A program made the translations under genes and the position numbers. Of a stretch of DNA of 64,000 nucleotides, positions 62,569 to 64,000 are shown piece after piece; positions within the stretch are counted from its first letter, which is position 1, and each line of letters begins with the position of its first letter. The DNA comes from Squalus acanthias (lineage: Eukaryota). The stretch spans positions 132,682,001 through 132,746,000 of the forward strand of contig CM059432.1 in NCBI GenBank assembly GCA_030390025.1, in the 5' to 3' direction. The notes under the pieces are model-generated. The model searched no databases. It was not told the origin of the DNA and was given only the letters and a program-made list of their open reading frames with translations.

Positions 62569-62926
62569 AACTTGTTTTTATATAGTCCCGTTCACTTCCT
62601 CAGAACTTGCAAAAGTGCTTCACAGCCAATGAATTATTTTTGAAATATAGTCACTGCTGTTTGGTAGCCACATGAGACAACCAATTTACACACAGCATGG
62701 TCCTACAAACAGCAATGAGATGAATGACCAGATAATTTGTTTTTGGCGGTGTTGGTTGAGCTATATGTTTTGGCCAGGAAACCGAGAGAGCTCTTTACTC
62801 TTCTTCCAGTAGTTTTATCTTTTATGACCACCTAAACAGACAGATAGGACCTCAGTTGAAAATCTCCTCCAAAAGACTGCACCTTCTATCAACACAGCCT
62901 TACTGCACTGAAGTGTCAACCTAGAT
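62569..62926 (-). mobile_element. Old Deu-domain SINE
   Basis: Diverged reverse-complement match to 14087-14520. Confidence 0.7.
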
Positions 62927-64000
62927 TGTAACGGCAAATCCTTAAAAAAAACATTTTCTTGTAACAAATACAGTTCATTGCAAGAATCTTAATTTGATGT
63001 CATTAACCAAGATGATGAGTACACTAAGCACTCTTAGTCAAGAGTTTAATTTTTATGTATCGCTTTATCTGATGTACCTCTCATTTGGTGCAGTTCTTTG
63101 TGGCTCTAGGTCTTGTGTATCAGTGTCTATAATTCACTTGGCCAACAAAGCCACCGACTGGAGTTGAAGTTTCCTCGCTTGGAATCGCTTTTCTCTTTCC
63201 CCTTCTCTCTCTTTCTGCAATCTCCAAGAACAGATTCACCTGTGATTGTGTTCATTTATAAGAGCATCCAAAAAACAAAATTGAACCCAGAGGCTGGTAA
63301 ACTATAAAGATGCTGATCGTAGTTTATCAGATCTCAGCAGAAATGAACTGTGCTTTAGGGCATGCTAAGTCTGAGATAGCAGCGAAGAATGATGACTTTG
63401 TACACTTAATTTCAAACACATTGGTTCAAATGAATGCTGAATGATGTATCAAAGTGACACACATTTATATTACACGAAGTGAATTTTTGTAAGGTATTTT
63501 TTTTCTCGCATTCTATGATATACTGTTTACTCAAGTAATCTGTTTTGTGTCGCTGTCAAGGAGCATTTTTAGATATTTTATGAACACAAGCTCCCTGGAA
63601 TTTCCACAGCAGAGAAACAGGCTTGAACTAAAATCACGTTCTTATATATTGGCTCTGAAAGTTATGTTCCTTAAAAGTCATTGCCCCCAAAATTCCACAT
63701 CGTTTTTGGCATTTCTGGGGCCAAAAATCAGGGCCAATTGTTTTCCTGGCTAGTAAATTGGGGCCTGAATTTGCGGTCATGATTTGGCCCTTCCCGTTAT
63801 CTGTTTGCCGGGTTCCCCTGCACCTGATTTAGATAGATATATTAAAATGAGCCCCGAGTGTCTGGAAGTTACACTCGCAATGCGCTTGGGTAAGTTAGAA
63901 TGGGAAATATAAGGTGCAGCTGTTGCCAGAGGTGAGGAGCATTTGAGCCTGAAAACTGCTTTATTCCAGCTGTCAACATCCTAGTAGGCCCTGGATCTGT

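Overview
Vertebrate nuclear DNA made up largely of transposable elements. The repeat set (HE1/V-SINE, Deu-domain SINEs, CR1, L2, RTE-X-like LINEs, Penelope, PIF/Harbinger) points to a cartilaginous fish; this is an inference. I recognise no host protein-coding gene, only a few weak candidate exons. The most striking structure is a three-level nest at 16.7-24.6 kb. A Harbinger DNA transposon is split by a ~1.18-kb solo LTR, which is split by a very young 4.2-kb head-to-head palindromic Penelope insertion. Its two 2061-bp arms each carry an open RT + GIY-YIG frame and a minimal hammerhead ribozyme motif, intact in one arm and core-mutated in the other. Smaller Penelope insertions repeat parts of this architecture (inverted arms, one-sided tail, ~13-bp TSD). 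Also present: a near-intact CR1 ORF2, a complete but decayed two-gene Harbinger with an intron-containing Myb/SANT gene, several Harbinger MITEs, and a ~220-bp segment duplicated 32 kb away between two L2 tails. All alignments and mismatch counts were made by eye, and family names come from motif recognition, not database searches.
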